Shown here in pieces: positions 11,270 to 18,362 of a stretch of DNA of 41,606 bases. Where the stretch lies: assembly GCA_009840965.1 (NCBI GenBank), contig VXMT01000019.1, positions 1 to 41,606 on the forward strand, in the 5' to 3' direction. Within the stretch, counting starts at the first letter, position 1. Each line of letters opens with the position of its first letter. The notes beneath the pieces were generated by a model. The model saw only the letters and a list, made by a program, of their open reading frames with translations, searched no databases and was not told the DNA's origin. The position numbers were made by a program, and so were the translations under genes. This DNA is from Chloroflexota bacterium. Its GTDB lineage: Bacteria > Chloroflexota > Dehalococcoidia > UBA2979.

Positions 11270-11587
11270 ATGGCCGACGCAGAGCTGTTCGCCGAGATTC
11301 GCGAAGCGCAGGCGCGCGGGGAGCGCCGCGTGCTGGCGACCGTCGCCGACGCGCGCGGCTCCACGCCTCGCAGCCCCGGCGCGCAGCTGCTGCTGCGCCC
11401 GGACGGCACGTTCCGCGGCACGATCGGCGGCGGTTGCGGCGAGGCCGAGGTCTGGCAGGAGGCGATGGAGACGATGGCCGACGGCCGTCCGCGCATCGTT
11501 ACCGTCGACCTGACCGAGGATGTCGAGGGCGACGACAAGATCTGCGGCGGCGTCATGGACGTATTCGTAGAGAGGATCTCGGGCTAG
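11270..11587 (+). CDS. XdhC_CoxI N-domain-only protein
   Basis: 105 aa with VLATVADARGSTPRSPGAQLLLRPDGTFRGTIGGGCGEAEV, the GGC motif of the XdhC N-terminal domain. There is no Rossmann half. Confidence 0.7.
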   Translation: MADAELFAEIREAQARGERRVLATVADARGSTPRSPGAQLLLRPDGTFRGTIGGGCGEAEVWQEAMETMADGRPRIVTVDLTEDVEGDDKICGGVMDVFVERISG

Positions 11588-11615
11588 CGGCCGACGCGGT
11601 TTCGCGGCGGCTGCG

Positions 11616-11624
11616 TGGTAGGAT
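11616..11624 (+). promoter_or_regulatory. Possible extended -10 (TGGTAGGAT) for tatA
   Basis: TGnTAGGAT lies about 63 nt upstream of ATG 11687. No convincing -35 was seen. Confidence 0.3.
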
Positions 11625-11686
11625 TCGCACCGCCCGGACTCGCCGGCAAGGCAGCGGGCGCGGGCGAACCAAGAGGGAGCTGACCG

Positions 11687-11917
11687 ATGATCGGTGGTCT
11701 TGGCTGGCAGGAGTTGCTGATCGTGCTCGTGATCGTCGCCCTGATCTTCGGGGCGAGCCGCGTGGCCGATCTCGGTGGCGCGCTCGGGCGCGGCATCCGC
11801 GAGTTCCGCCAGGAGGCGGCGCGACCGGAAGAGGAGTCCGAGGACGACGACGAGGAGATGGCCTCCGCGTCCAGCGACTCCTCGGACGACGACAGCGAGA
11901 AGGAATCTTCCGGCTGA
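11687..11917 (+). CDS. tatA: Twin-arginine translocase subunit TatA/E with an acidic Ser/Asp/Glu-rich tail
   Basis: MIGGLGWQELLIVLVIVALIFGASRV is a TM helix, followed by an amphipathic helix (hinge FG). 76 aa. Confidence 0.85.
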   Translation: MIGGLGWQELLIVLVIVALIFGASRVADLGGALGRGIREFRQEAARPEEESEDDDEEMASASSDSSDDDSEKESSG

Positions 11918-11949
11918 CGCCCGGTCGGGAGGCTGAGCGCACCGAATGG

Positions 11950-11979
11950 GCCCGGCGCCGGAGCGCCGGGCTTTCGCTT
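11950..11979 (+). terminator. Rho-independent terminator after tatA
   Basis: A perfect 9-bp stem GCCCGGCGC / GCGCCGGGC with loop CGGA is followed by TTTCGCTT. Confidence 0.6.
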
Positions 11980-12037
11980 GTCCGCTCGCGCCGCTCTCGT
12001 ACTATCGATGTAGTGCGATCCGGATGAACCTCGGAGC

Positions 12038-13465
12038 GTGATGGTGGTGCTCGGGACGATTGCCGGCAGGCTGAGGACGGGCGTGGCGCTGCTTGCCGGG
12101 CTGGTCGCCGCCCAGGCCTCGCGCCGCCTCGGGCGAGGCGGCGGGACGGCGCTGCCGGGCCTGGTCGCCGCGACGATCGCCCCGGACATCACCGCGCAGC
12201 TCGTCGGCCGCGCCGATGCGGGCTCGGTCGTCGTGACCGGGACCAACGGCAAGACCACCACCGTGCACCTGCTGGCCGGGATCGCCCGCGCCTCGGGCAT
12301 CGACGTGATCGCCAACCGCTCCGGCTCCAACCTCGAGCGCGGCATCGTCTCCGCCTTCCTCGCCGAGCGCGGCAACGGGGCGCGCGGGCGCCTCGGCGTG
12401 ATCGAGGTCGACGAGGCGGCGTTGCCGCCGCTGCTGCCCGCGCTCGCCCCGAGGGCGATCGTCTTCCTCAACCTCTTCCGCGATCAGCTCGACCGCTACG
12501 GCGAGGTCGACTCCGTCGCCGAGGGCTGGGAGCGGATGCTGATCGCCGACGGCTCGGGGGCGACGCTCGTGCTCAACGCCGACGACCCCTCGATCGCGCC
12601 GCTGGCCGACGCCGCGCGCGGCGAGGTGGTGACGTTTGGCATCGAGGACGACGGCATCGCCCGCGACGGCCCCGACCACGCCTCGGATGCGCGCTTCTGC
12701 CGCTGCGGCGCACCCTTCCGCTACGACGCGGTCTTCGTCGCCCACGCCGGGCGCTGGCGCTGCGACGGCTGCGGCCGCGCGCGCCCCGTCCCGCTCGTCT
12801 CGGCGCACGAGATCGAGCAGATCGAGGACGGCTCGCGCTTCGTCCTCGACCTGGGCGGCCGGCGGCTGCCGATGGAGCTGCCGCTGCAGGGGCTGTACCC
12901 GATCTACAACGCGCTTGGGGCGGCGGCGTCGGCCTACGCGCTCGGCCTCCCCCCATCGGTCGTCGCGGACTCCCTCGCGAGCGCCGGCCCGGCCTTCGGG
13001 CGGCAGGAGCGCTTCCGGCTGCGCGATCGCGAGCTGCGGCTCTGGCTGGCGAAGAACCCCGCCGGGATGAACGCCGTGCTGCGCGCCCTCACCGCTGCCC
13101 GTGACCGCTCCGAGGACGAGCCGAAGCTGCATCTCCTCGCCGCGCTCAACGACGGCATCCAGGACGGGCGCGATGTCTCCTGGATCTACGACGCCGACTT
13201 CGAGCTGCTCGCCGGCCACGCCGCGAGCGTCGTCGTCAGCGGCGATCGCGCCGACGACCTCGCGCTGCGGCTGCGCCTCGCGGGCGTCCGGGTTGACTAC
13301 GTGCAGCCGCACCGCGCCTCCGCGCTCGACGAGGCGCTGCGGCGGCTGCCAGCCGGCGAGCGCCTCGAGGTGATCCCCACCTACACCGCGATGCTGCAGC
13401 TGCGGGAGTTCATCGCCGCCGGGAGCGGGGCCGCGCCCTACTGGGCGACGGAGCGGGAGCGATGA
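12038..13465 (+). CDS. murT: Lipid II isoglutaminyl synthase, Mur-ligase-like subunit MurT
   Basis: Mur ligase P-loop VVVTGTNGKTTT. The MurT-type Cys-rich ribbon is CRCGAPFRYD...WRCDGCG. A DUF1727-like C-terminus is present. It is coupled to gatD (ATGA at 13462-13465). Confidence 0.85.
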   Translation: MMVVLGTIAGRLRTGVALLAGLVAAQASRRLGRGGGTALPGLVAATIAPDITAQLVGRADAGSVVVTGTNGKTTTVHLLAGIARASGIDVIANRSGSNLERGIVSAFLAERGNGARGRLGVIEVDEAALPPLLPALAPRAIVFLNLFRDQLDRYGEVDSVAEGWERMLIADGSGATLVLNADDPSIAPLADAARGEVVTFGIEDDGIARDGPDHASDARFCRCGAPFRYDAVFVAHAGRWRCDGCGRARPVPLVSAHEIEQIEDGSRFVLDLGGRRLPMELPLQGLYPIYNALGAAASAYALGLPPSVVADSLASAGPAFGRQERFRLRDRELRLWLAKNPAGMNAVLRALTAARDRSEDEPKLHLLAALNDGIQDGRDVSWIYDADFELLAGHAASVVVSGDRADDLALRLRLAGVRVDYVQPHRASALDEALRRLPAGERLEVIPTYTAMLQLREFIAAGSGAAPYWATERER

Positions 13466-14235
13466 GCGCGGCGCAGCAGCCGGCGATCCGTGTCGTCTGG
13501 CTCTACCCGGAGCTGATGAACGTCTACGCCGATCGCGGCAACGTGATCGCGCTGGAGGCGCGCTGCGCCGCACTCGGCGTCGGCTGCGAGGTGACCCGCG
13601 TCGGGATCGGCGATCCGTTGCCGGGGGAGGCTGACCTCGTGCTGATCGGCGGCGGCCAGGATCGCGAGCAGCAACGGGCGGCGCCCGACCTCGCGCGGCA
13701 CGCCGGTACGCTGCGCGCCTGGGTCGACGAGGACGCCGCGATGCTCGCCGTCTGCGGCGGCTTCCAGCTCTTCGGCCGCTGGTATCGCACCGCCGAGGGC
13801 GAGGAGTTGCGCGGCGCCGCCGTCTTCGACGTGACGACGGTCGCGCCGCCGCGCGAGGAGGAGCGCTGCATCGGCGACGTGCTCGCGCACTCCACCCTCG
13901 AGGCCGTCGGCGAGGTCGTCGGCTTCGAGAACCACGGCGGGCGCTCCTACCTGGGGCCGGGCGCCGAGCCGTTCGCGCACGTCGAGTTCGGCTACGGCAA
14001 CAACGGCGCCGATGGGGCCGAGGGGGCGCGCGTGCGCGAAGCGATCGGCACCTACCTGCACGGCTCGCTGCTGCCTCGCAATCCTGCGCTCACGGACCAT
14101 CTCATCCGCGCCGCGCTGCGCCATCGCTATGGCGGGGAGCCGGAGCTGCCCGAGGTCGCCGATCCCTTCGCCGAGCGCGCGCACCGCACGGCCGCGGCCG
14201 TGGCGCGGCGGCGCAGCAGGCGCTCGGAGACGTAA
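13462..14235 (+). CDS. gatD: Lipid II isoglutaminyl synthase, glutaminase subunit GatD (CobQ-type amidotransferase)
   Basis: LYPELMNVYADRGNVIAL is present. The nucleophile context is LAVCGGFQLFG. A late His lies in GTYLHGSLLPRNP. Confidence 0.85.
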   Translation: MSAAQQPAIRVVWLYPELMNVYADRGNVIALEARCAALGVGCEVTRVGIGDPLPGEADLVLIGGGQDREQQRAAPDLARHAGTLRAWVDEDAAMLAVCGGFQLFGRWYRTAEGEELRGAAVFDVTTVAPPREEERCIGDVLAHSTLEAVGEVVGFENHGGRSYLGPGAEPFAHVEFGYGNNGADGAEGARVREAIGTYLHGSLLPRNPALTDHLIRAALRHRYGGEPELPEVADPFAERAHRTAAAVARRRSRRSET

Positions 14236-14250
14236 CCCGGCGCGCGACGT

Positions 14251-15228
14251 TTGACGCCCTCGCGCCGCGCAGCCGATCCTGTACGTGGCGGGGGCGCGCG
14301 GAGGTGCGGCCCGTTGGGTGCGACCAGACCGAGGCAACCGCTTCGCACGTTCTCGCGGCGCGCCATCCTCGGTGCGCTGCTCGGTGGCGCGCTGATCGTC
14401 GCCTGCTCGCGGTTCCGCCCCGAGGACGACGAGGAACCGCGCGAGGTCGTCGTCGTCACGCCGACGCCGGACCCCACCGCCAGCGGGACGCAGGCGCCCA
14501 CGCCCGCCGATACGCCGGCGGCCACGGCAACGCCGGCACGGACCGCCGCACCGCCGCGCGTGTCCACGGCCGCTCCCACACCTTCGCCAACCCCGACACC
14601 CCGAGCCCGACGGGTGCTGCCGCCGCCCGATCCCGAGGATCTGCGCGGCTTCGCCATCCCCGTCGACGATGGCTGCCTGCCGGACTCGGACCGCCTGATG
14701 CCGAACGCGCCGCGCGAGTACCGCAACGGCTTCCACGAGGGCGTCGACTGGTACAACGGCCTCGCCTGCGCCAGCGTCCGCAAGGGCACGCCGGTGAAGG
14801 CGATGTACGAGGGCTACGTGATCCGCGCGGACCACGACTACGTCGAGATCACCATCGAGCAGATCAACGAGTTCTCACAGCGCACGGCCGAGCTGGGCTA
14901 CACCGAGGAGCCGATTCTCGACATCTACCGTGGGCGTCAGGTCTGGATCTACCACGGCAACGGCGTCGTCACCCGCTACGCGCACCTCAGCGTGATCGTG
15001 CCGAGCCTCAAGGTGGGTGACTGGGTGCGGCGGGGCCAGGTGGTCGGCGGCATCGGCGAGTCGGGGACGCCGGAAGCGATCACCGCGCCCGGTACGGAGC
15101 TGCACCTCCACGCCGAGGTGCGCATCGGGCAGTCGTTCCTCGGCGACGGCCTGCCGCCGGCCGAGGTGCGCGCGCTCTACCGCAAGCTCTTCGGCCTCGA
15201 TGAGGCGGAGTCCGCCTCGGGAGGCTGA
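14251..15228 (+). CDS. M23-family peptidoglycan metalloendopeptidase with a signal/lipobox-like N-terminus and a Pro/Thr-rich linker
   Basis: The M23 metal motifs are FHEGVDW and THLHAEV. RRAILGALLGGALIVAC is Tat- or lipoprotein-like. The start is uncertain; TTG 14314 is an in-frame alternative. Confidence 0.75.
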   Translation: MTPSRRAADPVRGGGARRCGPLGATRPRQPLRTFSRRAILGALLGGALIVACSRFRPEDDEEPREVVVVTPTPDPTASGTQAPTPADTPAATATPARTAAPPRVSTAAPTPSPTPTPRARRVLPPPDPEDLRGFAIPVDDGCLPDSDRLMPNAPREYRNGFHEGVDWYNGLACASVRKGTPVKAMYEGYVIRADHDYVEITIEQINEFSQRTAELGYTEEPILDIYRGRQVWIYHGNGVVTRYAHLSVIVPSLKVGDWVRRGQVVGGIGESGTPEAITAPGTELHLHAEVRIGQSFLGDGLPPAEVRALYRKLFGLDEAESASGG

Positions 15229-15289
15229 CGAGGCCGCCGCGACGTACACTGCCGGCGCGGCAGGGCCGCAATCGGGCGAAGGGGGCGCG

Positions 15290-16156
15290 GTGCCGATCCT
15301 CTCGATCGAGATCCCGTGGGATCCGAACATCACGCAGATCGGTGGGCTGCTGCTCACCTGGCACGGACTCTTCACCGCGATCGGCATCTTCGCCGGCGTG
15401 CGGCTCTCGCTCGAACTCGTGAAGATCGTGGACTACGACTACGACGACGCCTACACGCTCGCGCTCGTCGGCGTGCTCAGCGGGATCGTCGGCGCGCGCC
15501 TGCTCTTCGTCTTCGAGCACTGGGACTCGTTCAGCAACGACCCGGTCGCGATCCTGCGCATCACCGAGGGCGGCATCTCGATCTGGGGGGCGATCCTCGG
15601 CGGCGTCAGCGGCGGGCTTGTCTTCGGGCTCTGGAGGGGCTACCCGGTCGCGCGGGGCCTGGACCTCGCCAGCTTCGGCATCATCCTCGGCCAGGCGGTC
15701 GGGCGGATCGGCGATCTCGTCAACGGCGAGCACCTGGCGAAGGCGAGCGAGCTGCCCTGGGCCGTCTTCTACACGCACGAGGACTCCCCGGCCTTCGTGC
15801 ACTCGCTGCTCGTCGGGGCGCACCACCCGGCCACGACCTACGAGCTGCTCGGCGACCTCGTGATCCTCGGGGCGCTGTTCGTGCTGCTGTTCCGCGTCTT
15901 CTGGCACAAGCCCGGGCTGACGTTCTGCTGCTACCTGGTCGGCTACGCGGTGATGCGCTTCTTCCTCACCTACCTGCGCATCGACTCGAGCGAGACGTTC
16001 CTGCTCGATCTGCGCGTGCCGCAGCTCGTCTCGCTGCTCGTGGTGCTGTGCGTGCTGCCCGTCGCCTGGTACTTCGCGACGCGGCCGTCCGTCGGGGAGC
16101 CCGCGCCGCTGCACCGCCTCGGGCCGATCGGACGCCTGCTCGGCGCGCGGTCGTGA
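15290..16156 (+). CDS. lgt: Prolipoprotein diacylglyceryl transferase
   Basis: GTG start at VPILSIEIPWDP. Motifs are TWHGLFTAIGI, GGISIWGAILGG and GRIGDLVNGEH. It is polytopic. The upstream part of ORF 15017 overlaps the M23 gene out of frame. Confidence 0.85.
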   Translation: MPILSIEIPWDPNITQIGGLLLTWHGLFTAIGIFAGVRLSLELVKIVDYDYDDAYTLALVGVLSGIVGARLLFVFEHWDSFSNDPVAILRITEGGISIWGAILGGVSGGLVFGLWRGYPVARGLDLASFGIILGQAVGRIGDLVNGEHLAKASELPWAVFYTHEDSPAFVHSLLVGAHHPATTYELLGDLVILGALFVLLFRVFWHKPGLTFCCYLVGYAVMRFFLTYLRIDSSETFLLDLRVPQLVSLLVVLCVLPVAWYFATRPSVGEPAPLHRLGPIGRLLGARS

Positions 16157-16428
16157 CCGGGGGCGCGCCGCAGACAGTCCCGCAGGTCGTCCTCTATGGC
16201 CGCGAGGGCTGCGGCCCCTGCGCGCACGCCCGCGACGCGCTGCGCCGCCTCGGCCGTGACTTCGCCTTCGAGCTGACCGAGCGCGACGTGGACGCGGAGC
16301 CCGCGCTCGCCGCCCGCTACGGCGATCGCGTCCCCGTCGTCGCCGTCGGCGGCGACGAGGTCAGCGAGGGGCGGATCGACGCCGCGGCCGTGCGACGGGC
16401 GTTGTCGGAGGCGGGGCGAGAGTGTTGA
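16153..16428 (+). CDS. Glutaredoxin-like (DUF836-type) thioredoxin-fold protein
   Basis: GTG 16153 overlaps the lgt stop (GTGA). VVLYGREGCGPCAHARD carries a CxxC and is followed by VPVV. Confidence 0.7.
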   Translation: MTGGAPQTVPQVVLYGREGCGPCAHARDALRRLGRDFAFELTERDVDAEPALAARYGDRVPVVAVGGDEVSEGRIDAAAVRRALSEAGREC

Positions 16429-16453
16429 CGGCGGCAGAGAGCGTTCGTAGCCT
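16425..16453 (+). promoter_or_regulatory. Promoter-like module TTGACG-17 nt-TAGCCT (copy 1 of a 34-nt imperfect direct repeat)
   Basis: TTGACG 16425-16430 overlaps the grx stop. TAGCCT lies at 16448-16453, about 160 nt upstream of the lipoprotein ATG. Confidence 0.35.
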
Positions 16454-16615
16454 CGATCAGAGCTGGCGGAGTGTGCAGCGGGGACCGCAGCGGGGCACCA
16501 GAAGCAGACCCGGGGGCCCGGAGTGACGGGTGCTCCATGTGCCGCCAGCGTCCGCCGCCGTAGACGATTGCGGCCCCGCACTGCCAGCAGCGAGAAGATC
16601 AACGAGGGTAACGAG

Positions 16616-17071
16616 ATGAAGCGGCTGGTGGTGGCGCTGGCCGGCGCGGTACTCGTGCTCACGTTGTTGGCGGCGTGCGGCGATGACACGCAGTCCGTTC
16701 AAGAGGCAGAGAAAGAAGCAGCAAGAGTCGCAGCCGAAGCCGAGGCGGCGGCAACCAGGCAGCTCGGCATCGAGCTAGCGGATGCCATGAGGAACGCGCG
16801 CGGTGCTGCTCAGGCTTATGTCCGCGAAGATGGTGCAAAGCAAAGAGAGGCAGAGACCGAAGTGAGTGAAGCCGTAGCGGAAGCGGATCGCCTCTGCTCA
16901 GGACGGCACCCCAGCGGTGGTCGCCCCGAGCTTGCTAACGCTGATCGTGCTCGCTTTGAAGGTCCGTGCCTGAAGTTCGCCGCGCTCAATACCTACGGCG
17001 ACATGATCAATGAGTCGCTGGCGATCATCAACGAGGTCATTGAACTGCTCCCGCCGCGAAGTATCGAGTAG
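16616..17071 (+). CDS. Putative lipoprotein, function unknown
   Basis: MKRLVVALAGAVLVLTLLAAC carries the lipobox L-L-A-A-C. The rest is an Ala/Glu-rich helical body. A GAGGG RBS is present. G+C is visibly lower, about 57% in the one 60-nt line I counted by hand. Confidence 0.6.
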   Translation: MKRLVVALAGAVLVLTLLAACGDDTQSVQEAEKEAARVAAEAEAAATRQLGIELADAMRNARGAAQAYVREDGAKQREAETEVSEAVAEADRLCSGRHPSGGRPELANADRARFEGPCLKFAALNTYGDMINESLAIINEVIELLPPRSIE

Positions 17072-17114
17072 GCGGGCGGCACGGGGAGGCTGAATCGCAA
17101 GTTCTTGGGACGAC

Positions 17115-17912
17115 GTGGCGAACAGGACTAGCCTCGCTCCGACGACGATCCACATAAGGAACGCCAGCGGCGAGGTGATCAAGAACGCGATCCCGACTCG
17201 GAAGCGCGGACGTGCACTCGCACGGAGGCTCTCGCGCGGCGGCACCAGCGTGTACCTCGTGGACGCGACAACGGGAGCGAAGCTTGTGAACGAGTACCGC
17301 GACGGGTATCAGGCAGGCGGGACGGCACCGCCACATCCGGCTGCTGCCGCCCCAGACTCCGCGCCTGAACGCCCGCTGGCGTCCGTCGAGACATTGCCAG
17401 ACCGGCTGGGGAGTGGCCTCGCTCTCGTATTCGTGGGCCTCAACCCTGCGGAGTATTCGGCGCGAGTAGGCCACTACTACAGCAAGCCCGGCAATGTCTT
17501 CTGGCGGATGCTCTCGGCCAGCAGCCTCGTATCGCGGGATCTCGGATGCGAGGACGACCACCGCCTGCCCGCTGAGTTCGGCATCGGCCTGACCGACGTG
17601 GTGAAGCGCGTCGCCACCGACTCGACGAAGGTCCGCCCCGCGGAGATCCGCGCCGCGCGGCCTGACTTCGAGCGCCGCATCGCTGCCGCCTCACCGCGCA
17701 TGCTCTGCTTCAACGGCGCGAAGCCGTTCGACACGATGTTCCGGGGAGTGCGTCCGCGCAACACGTGGGGTCGCCAATCCGTCAAGATCGCCGGCGCCTC
17801 GGTGTGGGTGATGCCCTCCACATCCGGACTGGCGAGCGGCTACCACGAGCACATCCCGCGCGTGCTCGAGCAGATGGCGCAGGAACTCGAAGCCCGGCGG
17901 GCGGCGTCCTGA
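17115..17912 (+). CDS. Mug/TDG-family (UDG family 2) mismatch uracil-DNA glycosylase with a roughly 90-aa N-terminal extension
   Basis: The C-terminal 170 aa align by eye to E. coli Mug: LALVFVGLNPAEYS, HYYSKPGNVFW and VWVMPSTSGLA. The N-terminal part (basic domain plus Pro/Ala linker) is unrecognised. TTG 17394 is a possible short-form start. Confidence 0.75.
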   Translation: MANRTSLAPTTIHIRNASGEVIKNAIPTRKRGRALARRLSRGGTSVYLVDATTGAKLVNEYRDGYQAGGTAPPHPAAAAPDSAPERPLASVETLPDRLGSGLALVFVGLNPAEYSARVGHYYSKPGNVFWRMLSASSLVSRDLGCEDDHRLPAEFGIGLTDVVKRVATDSTKVRPAEIRAARPDFERRIAAASPRMLCFNGAKPFDTMFRGVRPRNTWGRQSVKIAGASVWVMPSTSGLASGYHEHIPRVLEQMAQELEARRAAS

Positions 17913-18036
17913 GGGCGCGATCGGCGGCCCTTGCGCTTCACCAGTGGACTCCATGTCGCGCACTGCGTTGGCCACCGCGTGGTGCCCGGCGGCGGGACAA
18001 AGGTCCCTCCGCGGCGCGGTAGGTTGGCGCACCTGG

Positions 18037-18073
18037 ATTCCGGCTTTCGCCGGAATGACGGGAAGGGGGAAGG
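18037..18073 (+). repeat. REP-like hairpin ATTCCGGC-TTTC-GCCGGAAT followed by GGGAAGGGGGAAGG
   Basis: A perfect 8-bp stem with a 4-nt loop at 18037-18056. Its antisense translation gives the ...IPAKAGIQ... peptide typical of spurious ORFs over such repeats. Confidence 0.5.
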
Positions 18074-18109
18074 ACGGGAGGGGAATACAGGAGCGCTGGT
18101 AGCGCGCTG

Positions 18110-18138
18110 TTGACAGCAACGAGGGGCGTTCATAGCCT
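18110..18138 (+). promoter_or_regulatory. Promoter-like module TTGACA-17 nt-TAGCCT (copy 2 of the 34-nt repeat) for the thrC-like operon
   Basis: Consensus -35 TTGACA at 18110-18115, a 17-nt spacer, and TAGCCT at 18133-18138. It would give a leader of roughly 220 nt before ATG 18363. Confidence 0.4.
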
Positions 18139-18362
18139 CGACGCAAGGGATCGCGCCTCTCCCGAGGCGCAACGCGGGCGTGCACACAGACGCCGCGGAA
18201 GCGGAGACGATGAGCGAACGACAGCACCCGTTCCTCGCCGGCGCCGCGCTGCCGCGCCCCGATCGGGGCCACATGGTGATGCGCTAGCCCGCCCGCCCCG
18301 CGCATGGCGGGGCCAGCGGGCGCCCTCGCATCATCCCGAACCCAAGCCCGGAGCTTCCTGCC

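Noticed and set aside
14440-14640. Apparent repeat region (PTPDPTAS...TPADTPAATATPARTAAPP...PTPSPTPTP) inside the M23 peptidase gene.
   Set aside because: It is a low-complexity Pro/Thr/Ala linker between the signal/lipobox and the catalytic domain. There is no exact DNA tandem repeat unit, so it is not a VNTR or CRISPR-like structure.
16430-18140. Whether the low-GC islet is a mobile element.
   Set aside because: It carries no transposase, integrase or recombinase, no terminal inverted repeats and no adjacent tRNA. Only the imperfect 34-nt direct repeat supports mobility. It is therefore reported as a compositional islet, not called a mobile element.
18100-18362. A known SAM riboswitch class (SAM-I or SAM-IV) in the thrC-like leader.
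   Set aside because: I could not find the conserved cores by eye, such as the GGCAACC-type junction or the kink-turn/AGAUGAG arrangement in the right order. It is kept only as an unclassified structured leader, and a covariance-model scan is needed.
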